A stretch of 64,000 bases of DNA from Pseudomonadota bacterium (GCA_041178085.1 JBEGVZ010000085.1:82229-146228), one strand, 5' to 3'; counted from the first letter of the stretch, positions 1-10,297 are shown. Numbers and translations are program-made. The notes: generated by a model from the letters alone, not told the origin.

Positions 1-977
1 AATGCGGGATGCCAGATCGCCCCGAGCATGAAGAACGCGATCGCCGCTGCACCGGTGACCAATGCATTGATCCCGATCTTGTCCTGCCGCGTGATGGCAA
101 GCTGCCCATGCAAAACGCCAGAGCTGTAACCTTCGACAAGAACGTGTTTGACCTTAGGGCGGTAGAAGTGGCGTAGCGCAGTTTGTGGCCGGTAGAAGTA
201 CGTAACATGCCAGAAAGGCAAGTGAACCAGCTGGACCCCGGCGACTTCGATTTCGCTGCGGCTTTCGAGCAGGTAATCGACGTACTGGGCGGATATCTGG
301 TGATGGTAATGCTCGACGTGCTGGACCGCGCGGCGGATGGCCGACTCCTCGTCGACTTCTACTCCGGCGATGGGCATGCCGTTGGCAAACTTGAATTCAA
401 AAGGCTCCTTGGCTTCGTATGAGGAGCGTTCACTTTGTGGCTTCTCGATGTGTCCCCTGGAAAAGGTCGAATCCATTGGGAATCCGTCCCAGTCGACGTT
501 CACCTTTTCCTTGGGTTCATGCAGCCTGGCTGTTCCCCACATCTCGCAAATGTTCTTGCGAGCGCTTACGGCCCAGCGGTAGGTCCGGCGGAAATTCCCA
601 TTTTCGTTGAGGAAGTCGGAACCTGCCCCGTGTTCCTGGATTTTATTCCGACGCTGGGAAAGCCCCGTCCAAACGGTGTGGGCTTCCATGGATACGATCC
701 AGAAGGGCAAACTTGTCCCCTCCACGGAGGCGACCACATATTCCTTGTCGACGGCTTTGGGGTTGTGGTGAAGGCGGCGCAGCCACTCCAGGATAAGGTC
801 CTTGACCGCTTTTGGGGCCATCGTGTTCGGTACGATGAAGTGGTCAGCGAAAGGCTCCTTTTCGCCAGTTTCTACAATATGTTTGAAGGTTTCCGAGCAA
901 AACGGACACATGACCAGATAATGTCTGAAGTCATATTGGGCCGATGTGCCGCAGGTTGGGCAGGCTAACTCGTGCAT
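1..977 (-). CDS. hypothetical zinc-ribbon protein with C-terminal hydrophobic segment (partial; 3' end lies beyond the window start)
   Basis: The minus-strand frame is open from ATG (975-977, GGAGGA about 10 nt upstream) to the window edge. It is absent from the ORF track because no stop lies in the window. My translation starts MHELACPTCGTSAQYDFRHYLVMCPFCSETF (two CxxC pairs) and ends in ALVTGAAAIAFFMLGAIW. No family recognised. Confidence 0.6.
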   Translation of the reverse strand, partial: MHELACPTCGTSAQYDFRHYLVMCPFCSETFKHIVETGEKEPFADHFIVPNTMAPKAVKDLILEWLRRLHHNPKAVDKEYVVASVEGTSLPFWIVSMEAHTVWTGLSQRRNKIQEHGAGSDFLNENGNFRRTYRWAVSARKNICEMWGTARLHEPKEKVNVDWDGFPMDSTFSRGHIEKPQSERSSYEAKEPFEFKFANGMPIAGVEVDEESAIRRAVQHVEHYHHQISAQYVDYLLESRSEIEVAGVQLVHLPFWHVTYFYRPQTALRHFYRPKVKHVLVEGYSSGVLHGQLAITRQDKIGINALVTGAAAIAFFMLGAIWHPA

Positions 978-1140
978 GGGGTGGAGGTCCTCCTGCTAAA
1001 AATTTTATCACGTTTCTGTTGACATGCCGCGAACCCGCCTTAAGTTGCTTTGCGGAACCGGAATAAAGGCTTTTGGGGCCCGGGTAAGGGCGGGGTTCCG
1101 GCGAAAAAAACTTAAAAATCCATAATGAAATGGAGCACAT

Positions 1141-3057
1141 ATGGCAGGCAAAGTGATTGGAATCGACTTGGGAACAACCAACTCCGTGGTGGCAATCATG
1201 GAGCAGGGTCAGCCGAAAATCATTGCCAATGCTGAAGGCCAGAGGACCACGCCAAGCGTGGTGGCCTTCGCGAAGGACGGTGAGGTTCTGGTCGGGGCTG
1301 CTGCCCGTCGCCAGGCTGTAACCAACCCGGAGCGGACGATCTATTCAGCCAAGCGCTTCATTGGTTGCACCTTCAACGAGCGCGAAGAAGAGTCCAGAAG
1401 GGTTCCTTATGTGGTCCGCAAGGGTCGCGGCAATTTGGCTGTTTTTGAGATTGACGGCAAGGAGCACACCCCGCCGGAGATTTCGGCCAAGGTTCTCGCC
1501 AAGCTCAAGCAAGCGGCCGAAGATTACCTGGGAGAGACAGTCACCGAGGCCGTCATCACCGTTCCGGCCTATTTCAATGACAGCCAGCGCCAGGCCACCA
1601 AGGATGCCGGCAAGATCGCCGGACTTGATGTGAAGCGCATTGTCGCTGAACCAACGGCCGCAGCCCTCGCTTACGGACTCGACAAAAAGAAGAACGAAAA
1701 GATCGCAGTTTACGACTTCGGGGGCGGTACTTTCGACATTTCGATTCTGGAAGTCGGTGAAAACGTCGTCGAGGTTCTTGCCACCAACGGCGATACGCAT
1801 CTCGGTGGTGACAACGTGGACGAGGTTCTGATCGAATACCTCGTCAAGGATTTCAAGAACAGCTCCGGCATCGACGTGTCGAAAGACCCGATGGCAATGC
1901 AGCGCCTCAAGGAGGCCGCAGAAAAGGCCAAGATTGAGCTGTCTTCCGCACAGGCGACGGACATCAACTTGCCATTCCTGACGGCAGATCAGACTGGTCC
2001 GAAGCACCTGAATGTTTCCCTGACCCGGGCAAAGTTTGAGCAGCTGATCGCAGACATTGTGGAGAAGACGCTGGCGCCTTGCCGCCAGGTGCTCAAGGAT
2101 GCAGGCCTTCAGACGTCCCAGGTGAACGAGGTTCTGCTGGTCGGTGGCTCCACGCGTATTCCGCTGGTGCAGCAGAAAGTCAAAGAATTCTTCGGCAAGG
2201 ATCCTAACCGGACGGTGAACCCGGATGAAGTGGTTGCAGTGGGCGCAGCTGTCCAGGCAGGCATCCTCGCGGGTGATGTGAAGGATGTTCTCCTTCTCGA
2301 TGTAACCCCGCTCTCCCTTGGTATCGAGACCCTTGGTGGCGTGATGACCAAGTTGATCGACCGCAACACGACCATCCCGACCCGCCGGGCCCAGGTTTTC
2401 TCGACAGCGTCGGACAACCAGACTTCGGTGGAGATCAACGTGCTCCAGGGTGAGCGTGAAATGGCGCGTGACAACCGTCAGCTGTCGCGATTCAGCCTGG
2501 TGGACATTCCACCTGCTCCGCGCGGCGTGCCGCAAATCGAGGTGGCCTTTGACATTGACGCCAACGGGATTGTTTCAGTGTCGGCCAAAGATCTTGGCAC
2601 GGGCAAGGAACAAAAAATCACTGTCCAGGCTTCAACCAAGTTGAGTGAAGATGAAATCAACCGCATGGTCAAGGATGCCGAGGTTCACAAGGAAGACGAC
2701 CGGAAGAAACGCGAGCAGATCCAGGCACGTAACGCCCTTGATTCGATGATCTTCCAGGCGGAGAAGATGGTCCGTGAAAACGGTGACAAGCTTCCGACAG
2801 ACCTTAAGTCGGAAGTTGAGTCCGCAGTGGCGACCGCCAAGACCAAGCTGGATTCAGAAGACGCCGAGGTGATCGAGGCGGCCAAAGCCGAACTTGAGGC
2901 AAAGATGCACAAGCTGGCGGAGCAACTCTACAAGACGGCACAAGCTGCCGGTGGTGAGGCATCCAAAGGAGCAGACGGCGCGGCCCCAGGTGGAGCCAAG
3001 AAGTCCGATTCGGATGTGGTCGATGCAGAGTACGAGGATAACTCAGGCAATCCATAG
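1141..3057 (+). CDS. dnaK: molecular chaperone DnaK (Hsp70)
   Basis: 638-aa ORF with GIDLGTTNS and DFGGGTFD ATPase motifs, a substrate-binding domain and a lid. GGAG lies 7 nt upstream of the ATG. Confidence 0.98.
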   Translation: MAGKVIGIDLGTTNSVVAIMEQGQPKIIANAEGQRTTPSVVAFAKDGEVLVGAAARRQAVTNPERTIYSAKRFIGCTFNEREEESRRVPYVVRKGRGNLAVFEIDGKEHTPPEISAKVLAKLKQAAEDYLGETVTEAVITVPAYFNDSQRQATKDAGKIAGLDVKRIVAEPTAAALAYGLDKKKNEKIAVYDFGGGTFDISILEVGENVVEVLATNGDTHLGGDNVDEVLIEYLVKDFKNSSGIDVSKDPMAMQRLKEAAEKAKIELSSAQATDINLPFLTADQTGPKHLNVSLTRAKFEQLIADIVEKTLAPCRQVLKDAGLQTSQVNEVLLVGGSTRIPLVQQKVKEFFGKDPNRTVNPDEVVAVGAAVQAGILAGDVKDVLLLDVTPLSLGIETLGGVMTKLIDRNTTIPTRRAQVFSTASDNQTSVEINVLQGEREMARDNRQLSRFSLVDIPPAPRGVPQIEVAFDIDANGIVSVSAKDLGTGKEQKITVQASTKLSEDEINRMVKDAEVHKEDDRKKREQIQARNALDSMIFQAEKMVRENGDKLPTDLKSEVESAVATAKTKLDSEDAEVIEAAKAELEAKMHKLAEQLYKTAQAAGGEASKGADGAAPGGAKKSDSDVVDAEYEDNSGNP

Positions 3058-3076
3058 AACAGAGCCCATTCAGGGC

Positions 3077-3116
3077 AAAAAATCCCCCGTTGCAATTCGC
3101 AGCGGGGGATTTTTCT
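3077..3116. terminator. bidirectional rho-independent terminator shared by dnaK (+) and the SPFH gene (-)
   Basis: The stem atcccccg (3082-3089) pairs with cgggggat (3103-3110). It is flanked by an A-run upstream and a T-run downstream, between two convergent stop codons. Confidence 0.6.
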
Positions 3117-3132
3117 TCTAAACGAAAATGAC

Positions 3133-3900
3133 TTACTTTTTTCCTTCCAGAAACGGTTTCAAGATTTCAACTGGTATGGGGAAGATGATGGTGGAGTTTT
3201 GTTCTGAAGATATGTCGGAAAGAGTCTGCAGGTAGCGCAGCTGGACCGACACGGGATTTTGAGAAAGTGTATCTGCCGCTTCACGCAGCTTGGCTGCGGA
3301 CTGGAGCTCCCCCTCAGCTGCAATGATCTTCGCTCGACGTTCCCTCTCAGACTCAGCCTCCCGTGCCATTGCCCGTTGCATCTCCTGCGGCAGGTCGATG
3401 TGTTTGACTTCGACAGACGACACCTTGATTCCCCAGGAGTCTGTATTCTGGTCAAGGATTTGCTGCAGCTGGTCGTTGATCTTTTCCCGCTCGACGAGCA
3501 ACTCATCAAGGGTGTGCTGGCCAAGCACAGAACGAAGGTGCGTCTGGGCGAGCTGAGATGTCGCGTACAGGTAGTTCTCAATATTGACCACGGCCTTGTA
3601 AGGGTCAACAACACGGAAATACAGGACCGCATTCACCTTCAGACTGACGTTGTCGCGACTGATTACATCCTGCGGATCGATGTCCATGGTCACGACCCGG
3701 ATGGATACGCGGACCATGCGGTCGACCAGAGGGATCAAGATGATTGGACCCGGCCCCTTGGGCGATTCCAGTGCCCTGCCGAGCCGGAACACGACTCCCC
3801 TCTCATACTCTTGCAAGATCTTGATGGCAGAGGCGAGAAAAGCCAGCGCAAGGATAAAAAAGATAAATCCACCCGAGGCCATGGGAATCCCTTTAAACAA
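3133..3900 (-). CDS. SPFH/band-7 (stomatin/prohibitin-like) membrane protein
   Basis: 255-aa ORF with an N-terminal TM helix, then an SPFH core ([12 protein letters not shown]...[11 protein letters not shown]...) and a charged coiled-coil tail. An alternative start is Met7 at 3882. No NfeD partner gene is adjacent. Confidence 0.9.
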   Translation of the reverse strand: MFKGIPMASGGFIFFILALAFLASAIKILQEYERGVVFRLGRALESPKGPGPIILIPLVDRMVRVSIRVVTMDIDPQDVISRDNVSLKVNAVLYFRVVDPYKAVVNIENYLYATSQLAQTHLRSVLGQHTLDELLVEREKINDQLQQILDQNTDSWGIKVSSVEVKHIDLPQEMQRAMAREAESERERRAKIIAAEGELQSAAKLREAADTLSQNPVSVQLRYLQTLSDISSEQNSTIIFPIPVEILKPFLEGKK

Positions 3901-4234
3901 GCTGTCTTTGAATTTCCTGCCATAGCGCTTTCTTGGCTGCAGGATCTATCGCCAAATCGCTCACTTCTGGGGCAAGAACCAGTCTACCCGAATCAGCCTT
4001 CAACTTTTTGGACGCGGCTGCCGCAGCGGCAGGTCCAAACGCGATCTGAATCGACTGACCACCACATGCCTGGGCGATCTTCGCCATAAGTTGCTGCTCC
4101 TCTGGCTGAGGGCGGGCCAAACTGTGAAAGAGTGTCACAGGTCCCATGACAAGCTTCGAGACGGGACTTCTGGACGGCCAGACCTGCCCACGATCCGACA
4201 ACCATTCTGCATACTTTTTTAGCTGGCGACTCAT
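3893..4234 (-). CDS. hypothetical protein, 113 aa, with HolD(psi)/UDG-like C-terminal motif
   Basis: The ORF sits in the co-directional rny-to-SPFH gene string. It overlaps the SPFH start by 8 nt, or leaves a 10-nt gap if SPFH starts at 3882. The C-terminus is [22 protein letters not shown] (see findings). Confidence 0.5.
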   Translation of the reverse strand: MSRQLKKYAEWLSDRGQVWPSRSPVSKLVMGPVTLFHSLARPQPEEQQLMAKIAQACGGQSIQIAFGPAAAAAASKKLKADSGRLVLAPEVSDLAIDPAAKKALWQEIQRQLV

Positions 4235-4259
4235 TCAGGTGGTATAGCACCGGAATAGT

Positions 4260-5810
4260 TCAGGACGCAACGCGTGTAGGCCCTGCCTTGCCCGCAGAGG
4301 GTTTGCGCCTTTTCCTGGCTTCAGCACTGGCTTCCTTCAACAAGTCGCTTGCGTAAGCCTGGGCGCAGCCCATCTGTCTTGCCCGTGAAAGGGCAAACCA
4401 GGTTTTCAGGGGGCAGCCTGTTTTCAATAGCGCTTCACCTTGCAAAACCAGGGCTGCGCTGGACCACGGTTGTGTCGCGAACGATTTCAACGCGCATGGT
4501 TCAGCTTTTTCCGGCCGGTTTAACTTCAGGTGCAGGGTGGCCATCAAGCGCTGTAGCTGGGTTTGGTCACCGCCGCGTTTGATAGATTCGAGGGCGGCAA
4601 GCGCTTCAGCGTCCTTGCCCGATTTGCTCAACGCCATGGCCTGGATCATTGCCGCTTCTGCGGACTCGCCGTTTGCCGCCAGCTCGCCAGCGACGGTAAT
4701 GGCATCATCCAGCTTTTCCTGCATGAAATAGACACGCGCCAGTAGCTCCGCAGCGTCATTCTGGCCAGGGTGTGCCTTCCGTTCATCCCGCAGGATGATT
4801 TCGGCACGACGAAGATCCTGGATCTGCTCACAGGTTGCCACCACAGCCTCAAGAGCATCACGTGCATCCGGATAATAACGCCGCATTCTGCTGAAATAGT
4901 AGAGCGCCTTGTCGATGTTGCCGCTTCTGGCCTGGGCGTGTCCCATGGTGATCAGGGCCTCGCGATGCCTTTGCGACTGCAGAAGGGCAAGACGCAGGTG
5001 CTCGATCGCTTCGACGAACAAACCTTGATCGAGCAAAAGTTGTCCGAGCAATACTTGGCGGTCAGGCTGCTTACCATTGAACGACAGCTCGCGCGTCATC
5101 AGGTCGATGGCATCCTGCTTTCGCCCCTCGCTTAGCTTGATGTCAGCCATCAGACCGAGAGCGCGGAAATTGGATCCGTTCTCGCGGATCAGCTCCTCCA
5201 GGGCAGCGCGCGCCTCTTGGATCCGCCCCAACTTGCGCATCGCAAAAGCCCGAAGGAAGCGGGCGCGCACATTCTTCGTGTCGTTGGTGAGAGCCTCATC
5301 CGCGCAGACAAGGGCCATCTGATACTTATTCTGCATGAGCAAAGACTCGGCCATCCGGATGAGCTTCAGAACTTTATCAGGGAGGATGAAAGAGCGGACC
5401 AGAGACAGGACCTTTTTTTCGAGGTCCTCCGCCTGGAACGGTTTCACCAGGTAGTCGTTGGCGCCAAGGTCCACAGCCTTGACGATGTCATCCCGGCCAC
5501 CTTCGCCGGTGACGATGAGGATCGGGACGTCGGCGCCAAGGTCGCTGTGGCGGATAGACTCAACGACTTCAAATCCACTGCCAGACCCAAGGTTCAGGTC
5601 GCAGACAACGAGCGAAGGGGCATGTTCCTTGAGAGATTTCTTGGCGCTGGCGACATCGAATGTTTCCACCACCTTCCCGAATCCGGCCGTATCGAGGACC
5701 CGTCGGATGGCTTTTCGGATAGGATCATGATCGTCGACGACCAGAGCCGTGGCCTCCGCCAGGGCCGCTTTCATCTCGTCGTCGATGTTGGGGTTGGCTC
5801 GCGTGGTCAT
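4260..5810 (-). CDS. response regulator: CheY-like receiver domain fused to TPR repeats
   Basis: 516-aa ORF. The N-terminal receiver shows LVVDDHD, LVVCDLNLG, ILIVTG and YLVKPF. The rest is TPR-like helical repeats. Confidence 0.85.
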   Translation of the reverse strand: MTTRANPNIDDEMKAALAEATALVVDDHDPIRKAIRRVLDTAGFGKVVETFDVASAKKSLKEHAPSLVVCDLNLGSGSGFEVVESIRHSDLGADVPILIVTGEGGRDDIVKAVDLGANDYLVKPFQAEDLEKKVLSLVRSFILPDKVLKLIRMAESLLMQNKYQMALVCADEALTNDTKNVRARFLRAFAMRKLGRIQEARAALEELIRENGSNFRALGLMADIKLSEGRKQDAIDLMTRELSFNGKQPDRQVLLGQLLLDQGLFVEAIEHLRLALLQSQRHREALITMGHAQARSGNIDKALYYFSRMRRYYPDARDALEAVVATCEQIQDLRRAEIILRDERKAHPGQNDAAELLARVYFMQEKLDDAITVAGELAANGESAEAAMIQAMALSKSGKDAEALAALESIKRGGDQTQLQRLMATLHLKLNRPEKAEPCALKSFATQPWSSAALVLQGEALLKTGCPLKTWFALSRARQMGCAQAYASDLLKEASAEARKRRKPSAGKAGPTRVAS

Positions 5811-5851
5811 GGTAGCGAATGATCCTCAAACGTTTGGAGGTTCGCCCGGGA

Positions 5852-6556
5852 TCAGCCCATCGCGGACTTCACCAGGGCACGTGCACCCGGGTCACCCGGA
5901 GAAGACGCCTGGGCTTGACGCCAGAGGTACCGCGCTTCGTCTTCCTTGCCCGCTTTCAACCGCGCGATGCCCGCCCAGACAAGCGCCTTGGCGTGCGCCG
6001 GGGACTTATTGAGGATTTCGGTAAATTCTTGAAATGCTTTATCAGGCTGCCCGTTGCGCAGATATAACCGCCCGAGATCAAGGCGAACATCCGCCATGTT
6101 CGGGTAAATGCCCAAGGCCTTCCGGTACTCGCCGATGGCATCCTGGATCATGTTGGAGTGCTCATAGGCCCGTGCTGCCGTCACATGGTGGTTGGCAATC
6201 CTGCCGAGGACAAGGTCCGGGACGCGCTGACCAGGACGTACGTGGCGTATCGCCTGCTCAAAAACCTCCCGCGCGTCATCGTACTGACCAACGTCACACA
6301 GTATGACGGAAAGGTTGAGTGCGGCCTCGGTAAAAGAATTGTTCGCCACCAGGGCTTTTTTGAATTCCCTGATCGCATCCGCAAAACGCGACTGCTTGTG
6401 ATAGGTGACACCCAGCAGGTTGTGGATATTGGCGAGTGAGCCGTGGGCAGCCAGCGTCGATTTGAGCAGCTTCTCCGCGGCGTCGAATCGTCCGACGCCC
6501 AGGTAAAGCATCACTTTTTTTTGCACTGCAACCAGTTCGGCGCGGATTCCACCCAT
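5852..6556 (-). CDS. TPR repeat protein
   Basis: The ORF-track frame 5852..6751 is trimmed to Met66. The long form would overlap the rny 3' end by 167 nt and its N-terminus is Arg/Ser-rich junk. TPR repeats are present (AIREFKKALVANN..., AIGEYRKALGIYPN...). Confidence 0.75.
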   Translation of the reverse strand: MGGIRAELVAVQKKVMLYLGVGRFDAAEKLLKSTLAAHGSLANIHNLLGVTYHKQSRFADAIREFKKALVANNSFTEAALNLSVILCDVGQYDDAREVFEQAIRHVRPGQRVPDLVLGRIANHHVTAARAYEHSNMIQDAIGEYRKALGIYPNMADVRLDLGRLYLRNGQPDKAFQEFTEILNKSPAHAKALVWAGIARLKAGKEDEARYLWRQAQASSPGDPGARALVKSAMG

Positions 6557-6584
6557 CTCAACCACCCCGTCGATTGGCCCGTTG

Positions 6585-8156
6585 TCAGGCCACGGAGGTG
6601 GCCTCAAACCGCCTGGTGACCTGCACCTTGATCTGACCCGGGAAGGCGACATCAGTTTCGATGCGCTTTGCGATCTCCGTCGACATCTGCTGCAAGTCGG
6701 CGTCCTTGATTCGCTTGTGGCTGACTTCGACGTGAACTTCCCGCCCACCATTCATGATGGCGGATTTGGTCACACCTGGGAAGCTCCGGATCACCTCATC
6801 AATTGCATTCAGGCGGATCTGGTAGCCCTCCTCAAGATTGACGCGTGCGCCCGGCCGCGCACCAGAGAGGGTGTCTGCGGTTTTCAGGACAAAAGCGAGC
6901 GGGGTCTCAAGGATGAGGTCGTTGTGATGGGACATGACCGTGTCGCAAATCAGCCGACGTTCACCAAAACGGTCCGCGTAGTCGCCGCTGATCACCGCGT
7001 GGCTGCCCTCGATCCGGTAGTCCAGCGCCTTGCCGATGTCGTGGAGAAGTCCGCAGCGTTTCGCGTCGGCCGGGTCGACGCCCAGTTCCGAGGCCACAAC
7101 GCCAGCAAGGACCGCCACTTCAAAGGAGTGAAGATACTGATTTTGACGGTAACTGGTCCGCCAGTTCAGGTAGCCGACCAGTTTTTGTACCTCAGGGTGG
7201 ATGTTGTCCAGCTGCAGGGCGAGCACCGCTTGGCGGCCAAGCTTGGTGGCTTGTTGTTCGATGGCCTCGCGGTGGCGGGCGTAAGCTTCCTTGCTTTTCG
7301 TCCAGGCAGACGGTCCTTTGGCGATCAGCTCCTGAAGAGTCAGGCGAGCGGACTCCCGCTCAACCCCGGCGCCACCCGAAAGGCGCAGGAGCGGAGAAAA
7401 GTCTGGGTTTTCCGGGCGGGAGAGTTCGATTTCGATCCCGGCAAGTTCTTTCATGTCGAGAACCAGCTGCGGATTCGCTTCGATCTCGTCCGCGAGCCGG
7501 GCGCTTTCGATCTCCACGTGATTGAGCATCTTGGGCCACGGGAATTCAGGGGCGTAGCGTGCCATCGCGCGGCTCATGATGCGCTGAGCGGACTTCTTCC
7601 CGGATGAGGCCAGCTCGTCGCTGGCGATGCGCAGGACTTTCTGGCACTCAAGCTGCCGGCTTTCGATCAAGTCCCTTTTCAGTGCAAGTTTCAGCTCATT
7701 GGCATCGGCGCGGGAGGCTTCCTCGAGGCGTCGCTTCAATTCGCCCGCGTTGCTCTCCAGCCGTCCCTCGAGGTTTGCTGAGATGTCACGCATCGACTGA
7801 ACCTTGCGCTGGATGGTTTCCATGTCACCTTCGAGGCGCGTCATTTGCGATTCCTCTGTCTCCAGAAGGCTTTCGCGGCGCTCCAAGTCTTCTTCGGAGG
7901 TCTTGAGGTCTTCCTTGCGTTCGTTGATGGACTCCTCAAGGTCCTCCCGCAGGATCTGGATGTTGGCGTCTGCGCGCTTAAGCAGGTCATCGCAGATTGT
8001 CTCCGCCTGAATCTTGGCTTCACGGAGTACCTCGGACTTTTGCTTGCGGTTTGACGCGGCGAGCCGCCCCGGCAGGATCAGAAGGGCCAGGCGGAAGAAC
8101 GCATAACCTGCAGCCATGCTGGCGATGGCAGTGACAAGTGCGATTTTGGTGTCCAT
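6585..8156 (-). CDS. rny: ribonuclease Y
   Basis: 523-aa ORF with an N-terminal TM helix, a long coiled coil, a KH domain and an HD domain (LLHDIGKA). Confidence 0.95.
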   Translation of the reverse strand: MDTKIALVTAIASMAAGYAFFRLALLILPGRLAASNRKQKSEVLREAKIQAETICDDLLKRADANIQILREDLEESINERKEDLKTSEEDLERRESLLETEESQMTRLEGDMETIQRKVQSMRDISANLEGRLESNAGELKRRLEEASRADANELKLALKRDLIESRQLECQKVLRIASDELASSGKKSAQRIMSRAMARYAPEFPWPKMLNHVEIESARLADEIEANPQLVLDMKELAGIEIELSRPENPDFSPLLRLSGGAGVERESARLTLQELIAKGPSAWTKSKEAYARHREAIEQQATKLGRQAVLALQLDNIHPEVQKLVGYLNWRTSYRQNQYLHSFEVAVLAGVVASELGVDPADAKRCGLLHDIGKALDYRIEGSHAVISGDYADRFGERRLICDTVMSHHNDLILETPLAFVLKTADTLSGARPGARVNLEEGYQIRLNAIDEVIRSFPGVTKSAIMNGGREVHVEVSHKRIKDADLQQMSTEIAKRIETDVAFPGQIKVQVTRRFEATSVA

Positions 8157-8308
8157 CTAGAGAGATTCCTGTATTTTTTCAGGGGCATCTGCCCCACGAT
8201 TGATGCAAAGACATTATTCCCCTTCTATCTTATGTCGCAACCATGGGGGATCGTCTTTACCTAAAAATGCGACCGGGGTTCCGGCAGCCTGCGACAAATG
8301 GCGGATAT

Positions 8309-9109
8309 ATGACAAAAGTATCTGTTTTTATTGAAGAAACCCTAAGATCCTGTGCGGTTGAGCTGATGACCCGGTTTCGCACCGGTGTTGGTGTCAGCAC
8401 CAAGGCTGACGCCAGCCTTGTCACAGAAGCTGACCTTGCCAGTGAGCGGGTAGCCCTGGAACGCATCAAATCAGCATTCCCGGAGGATATGCTCTTGTCA
8501 GAAGAGACGCATACTTCGGCCACCTCCAGGCCGGAGGGGCGCCACGTCTGGATCGTGGATCCGCTCGACGGGACGACAAACTTCGCCAACGGCTATGCAT
8601 TTTTTTGCATTTCAATCGCACGTGGGATCTTCCGCAAAGATGGCTCCATTGACGTGGTGGCAGGCGGCATCATGGACCCAGTCAACGGCAACGTGTACCT
8701 CGCTGAGCGTGGCAAGGGCGCGTGGATGGACGGTAAGCAACTCAAGGTTCTGCCTCCGCGCCCCCTGGCCAAAGGTTTTCTGGTCACGGGCTTCTACTTC
8801 ACCGACCCGACACGGCTGATGCCCGAGGTGGAACGCTTTGCCCGTGTGGCAACGCAGTGCCCCGCCATCCGCCGCGACGGATCGGCTGCCCTGGATCTTG
8901 CTTTGGTGGCTCGTGGTTTGTTCGATGGTTTTTGGGAAAATGGGCTAAAAGTCTGGGATGTTGCGGCTGGTGCCTTGCTCGTTGCAGAGGCCGGCGGAGT
9001 GGTCCAGAATTACGCCCCATCAGGAGCCGGATCTTGGTTTGACCCCGAAGGCCCGGGAATCGTTGCGGGCAACCCGGCAACAGTTGCCTCGATTGCAGGG
9101 CTTTTGTGA
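8309..9109 (+). CDS. suhB: inositol monophosphatase family protein (SuhB-like)
   Basis: IMPase signatures are present (LSEETH, WIVDPLDGTTNF, ALDLALVARG). Trimmed to Met23; the ORF-track start at 8243 is also possible. Confidence 0.88.
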   Translation: MTKVSVFIEETLRSCAVELMTRFRTGVGVSTKADASLVTEADLASERVALERIKSAFPEDMLLSEETHTSATSRPEGRHVWIVDPLDGTTNFANGYAFFCISIARGIFRKDGSIDVVAGGIMDPVNGNVYLAERGKGAWMDGKQLKVLPPRPLAKGFLVTGFYFTDPTRLMPEVERFARVATQCPAIRRDGSAALDLALVARGLFDGFWENGLKVWDVAAGALLVAEAGGVVQNYAPSGAGSWFDPEGPGIVAGNPATVASIAGLL

Positions 9110-9196
9110 GCCGTGGAATAATGAAGCTGTTGGTGGTCATTCCCCGCCTGGCCTCAGAAAACCGACGGGTCACCCAAATGATCGGAGACCTCTGAA

Positions 9197-9985
9197 ATGA
9201 ACCTCGGCAAAAGCCTGGTCGTTTGCCTCTCGCTGACAACCGCCTCCGCAGCGGACGCTGCGCAATGGCTGGTTCAGTCTGGAGACGTACAAGTCAATTG
9301 GTCCAGCCTCTCGGCGCAGTTTTCCGGAGTCGCCAACTCTCAACCGGCAGACCGCGAGGGATTGAAGGGACTCGAGCGGACAGCTTGGCGCAACGGCTAC
9401 GAGAAAGCCGGCACTTTACTGGAACCACTGATGCGTGATCAATTCGGCAAGGCCTCAGGCGGCAGCGGGCAACCAGAGGCAGGAACAGTCTCCGGGGCGG
9501 TTGACGAAGTTCGCAAGTCGGTCAAATCGCTCAATGCGACCTTTTTTGCCAACGGTTCGGTGGAAGTTGCCATGGAGGCTTCGCTGCGCAGTGGTTTTGC
9601 CGCAGCCCTGCGCCATTCGGGAGCCGGAGCAAAGCCTGCGGCAGCTGGCAATTCTGAGTCAGACTCGACCGGCCTTCTCATCAAGGTCCCGGCTGCCGCC
9701 CAGCCATCAGTGGCCTTTTGGCTCGTGGACTCTAGTGGCAAGGTCTTGTTCGAGCCAGCCATGCTGAGTCAGGAGGGCGTCAGCCAAGGCTCTATGGGCC
9801 GATGGTTCCGCTCCCCTGGCAAGGAAGAAGTCGCCAGGATCACCGGTGAAAAGCCGGATACCTTGGTTGTCTCCGAGGTCCGGCAGGGCAACCGGTTCGT
9901 TGTCGATTCCCAGCAATTTGCCCAGCTCGGGGCGGGTGCCCTTCGGGCCCTTGCTGATGGCAATGCGCTGGTCTCTGGTCGCTGA
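9197..9985 (+). CDS. secreted hypothetical protein
   Basis: 262-aa ORF with GGAGA 9 nt upstream and a signal peptide (MNLGKSLVVCLSLTTASA/AD). No family recognised. Confidence 0.65.
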   Translation: MNLGKSLVVCLSLTTASAADAAQWLVQSGDVQVNWSSLSAQFSGVANSQPADREGLKGLERTAWRNGYEKAGTLLEPLMRDQFGKASGGSGQPEAGTVSGAVDEVRKSVKSLNATFFANGSVEVAMEASLRSGFAAALRHSGAGAKPAAAGNSESDSTGLLIKVPAAAQPSVAFWLVDSSGKVLFEPAMLSQEGVSQGSMGRWFRSPGKEEVARITGEKPDTLVVSEVRQGNRFVVDSQQFAQLGAGALRALADGNALVSGR

Positions 9986-10009
9986 CCTTCCGGGCTTCAG
10001 GTCTTTTTC
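9984..10009 (+). terminator. possible rho-independent terminator
   Basis: gacct..(10-nt loop)..aggtc followed by ttttt, overlapping the stop codon of the preceding CDS. The stem is weak. A second small hairpin with a T-run follows at about 10011-10030. Confidence 0.35.
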
Positions 10010-10099
10010 ACGGCACAAGCCGCTTTTTTCGTTTGCCTCTCAATTAGGCGCATGTTAAACCCCTCCGTCCTTCAGAAAGAAGCGGAAGGTGGTTTTTTT

Positions 10100-10297
10100 A
10101 TGCCCAAAATGAAGTCGAAAAAAGCAGCGTCGAAGCGGTTCTCGGTCCTGTCCTCAGGCCGCATCAAGCGCAGTAAGTGCAACAAGCGTCACATCCTTAC
10201 CAAGAAGGACCGTGCGCGCAAAAACAAGCTCAAGAAAACAGGTTACGTTCATCCGTCGGATGTCGGTTTGGTGATGCGTTGTCTGCCAAACGGCTGA
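10100..10297 (+). CDS. rpmI: 50S ribosomal protein L35
   Basis: MPKMKSKKAASKRF... is a typical L35 N-terminus. The ORF-track frame is trimmed to Met17, with GGAAGGTGG upstream. Confidence 0.93.
   Translation: MPKMKSKKAASKRFSVLSSGRIKRSKCNKRHILTKKDRARKNKLKKTGYVHPSDVGLVMRCLPNG

Noticed and set aside
183-968. Four plus-strand ORFs (79-177 aa) listed in the track at the window start
   Set aside because: They overlap one another and lie antisense to a longer open minus-strand frame with a good RBS (the edge CDS 1-977). Their products look like junk.
978-1140. Heat-shock control elements upstream of dnaK (CIRCE, sigma32 promoter)
   Set aside because: There is no TTAGCACTC-N9-GAGTGCTAA inverted repeat. 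A TTGACA at 1019 lacks a usable -10, and the sigma32-like pieces have the wrong spacing. No call was made.
1345-2535. 396-aa ORF antisense to dnaK
   Set aside because: Long antisense frames in hsp70/dnaK genes are a known by-product of codon bias in GC-rich genes. The product is Arg/Leu/Gly-rich with no motifs and has no RBS. It is fully embedded in a gene of certain identity.
6582-7607. 341-aa plus-strand ORF antisense to rny
   Set aside because: It has a TTG start without an RBS and a low-complexity Arg/Gly/Val-rich product. It is entirely inside the RNase Y gene, so it is a shadow ORF.
7642-7656. TGGCAC-N5-CTGC sigma54-like motif
   Set aside because: It lies inside rny on the antisense strand, the -12 element is CTGC rather than TTGC, and no gene lies downstream.
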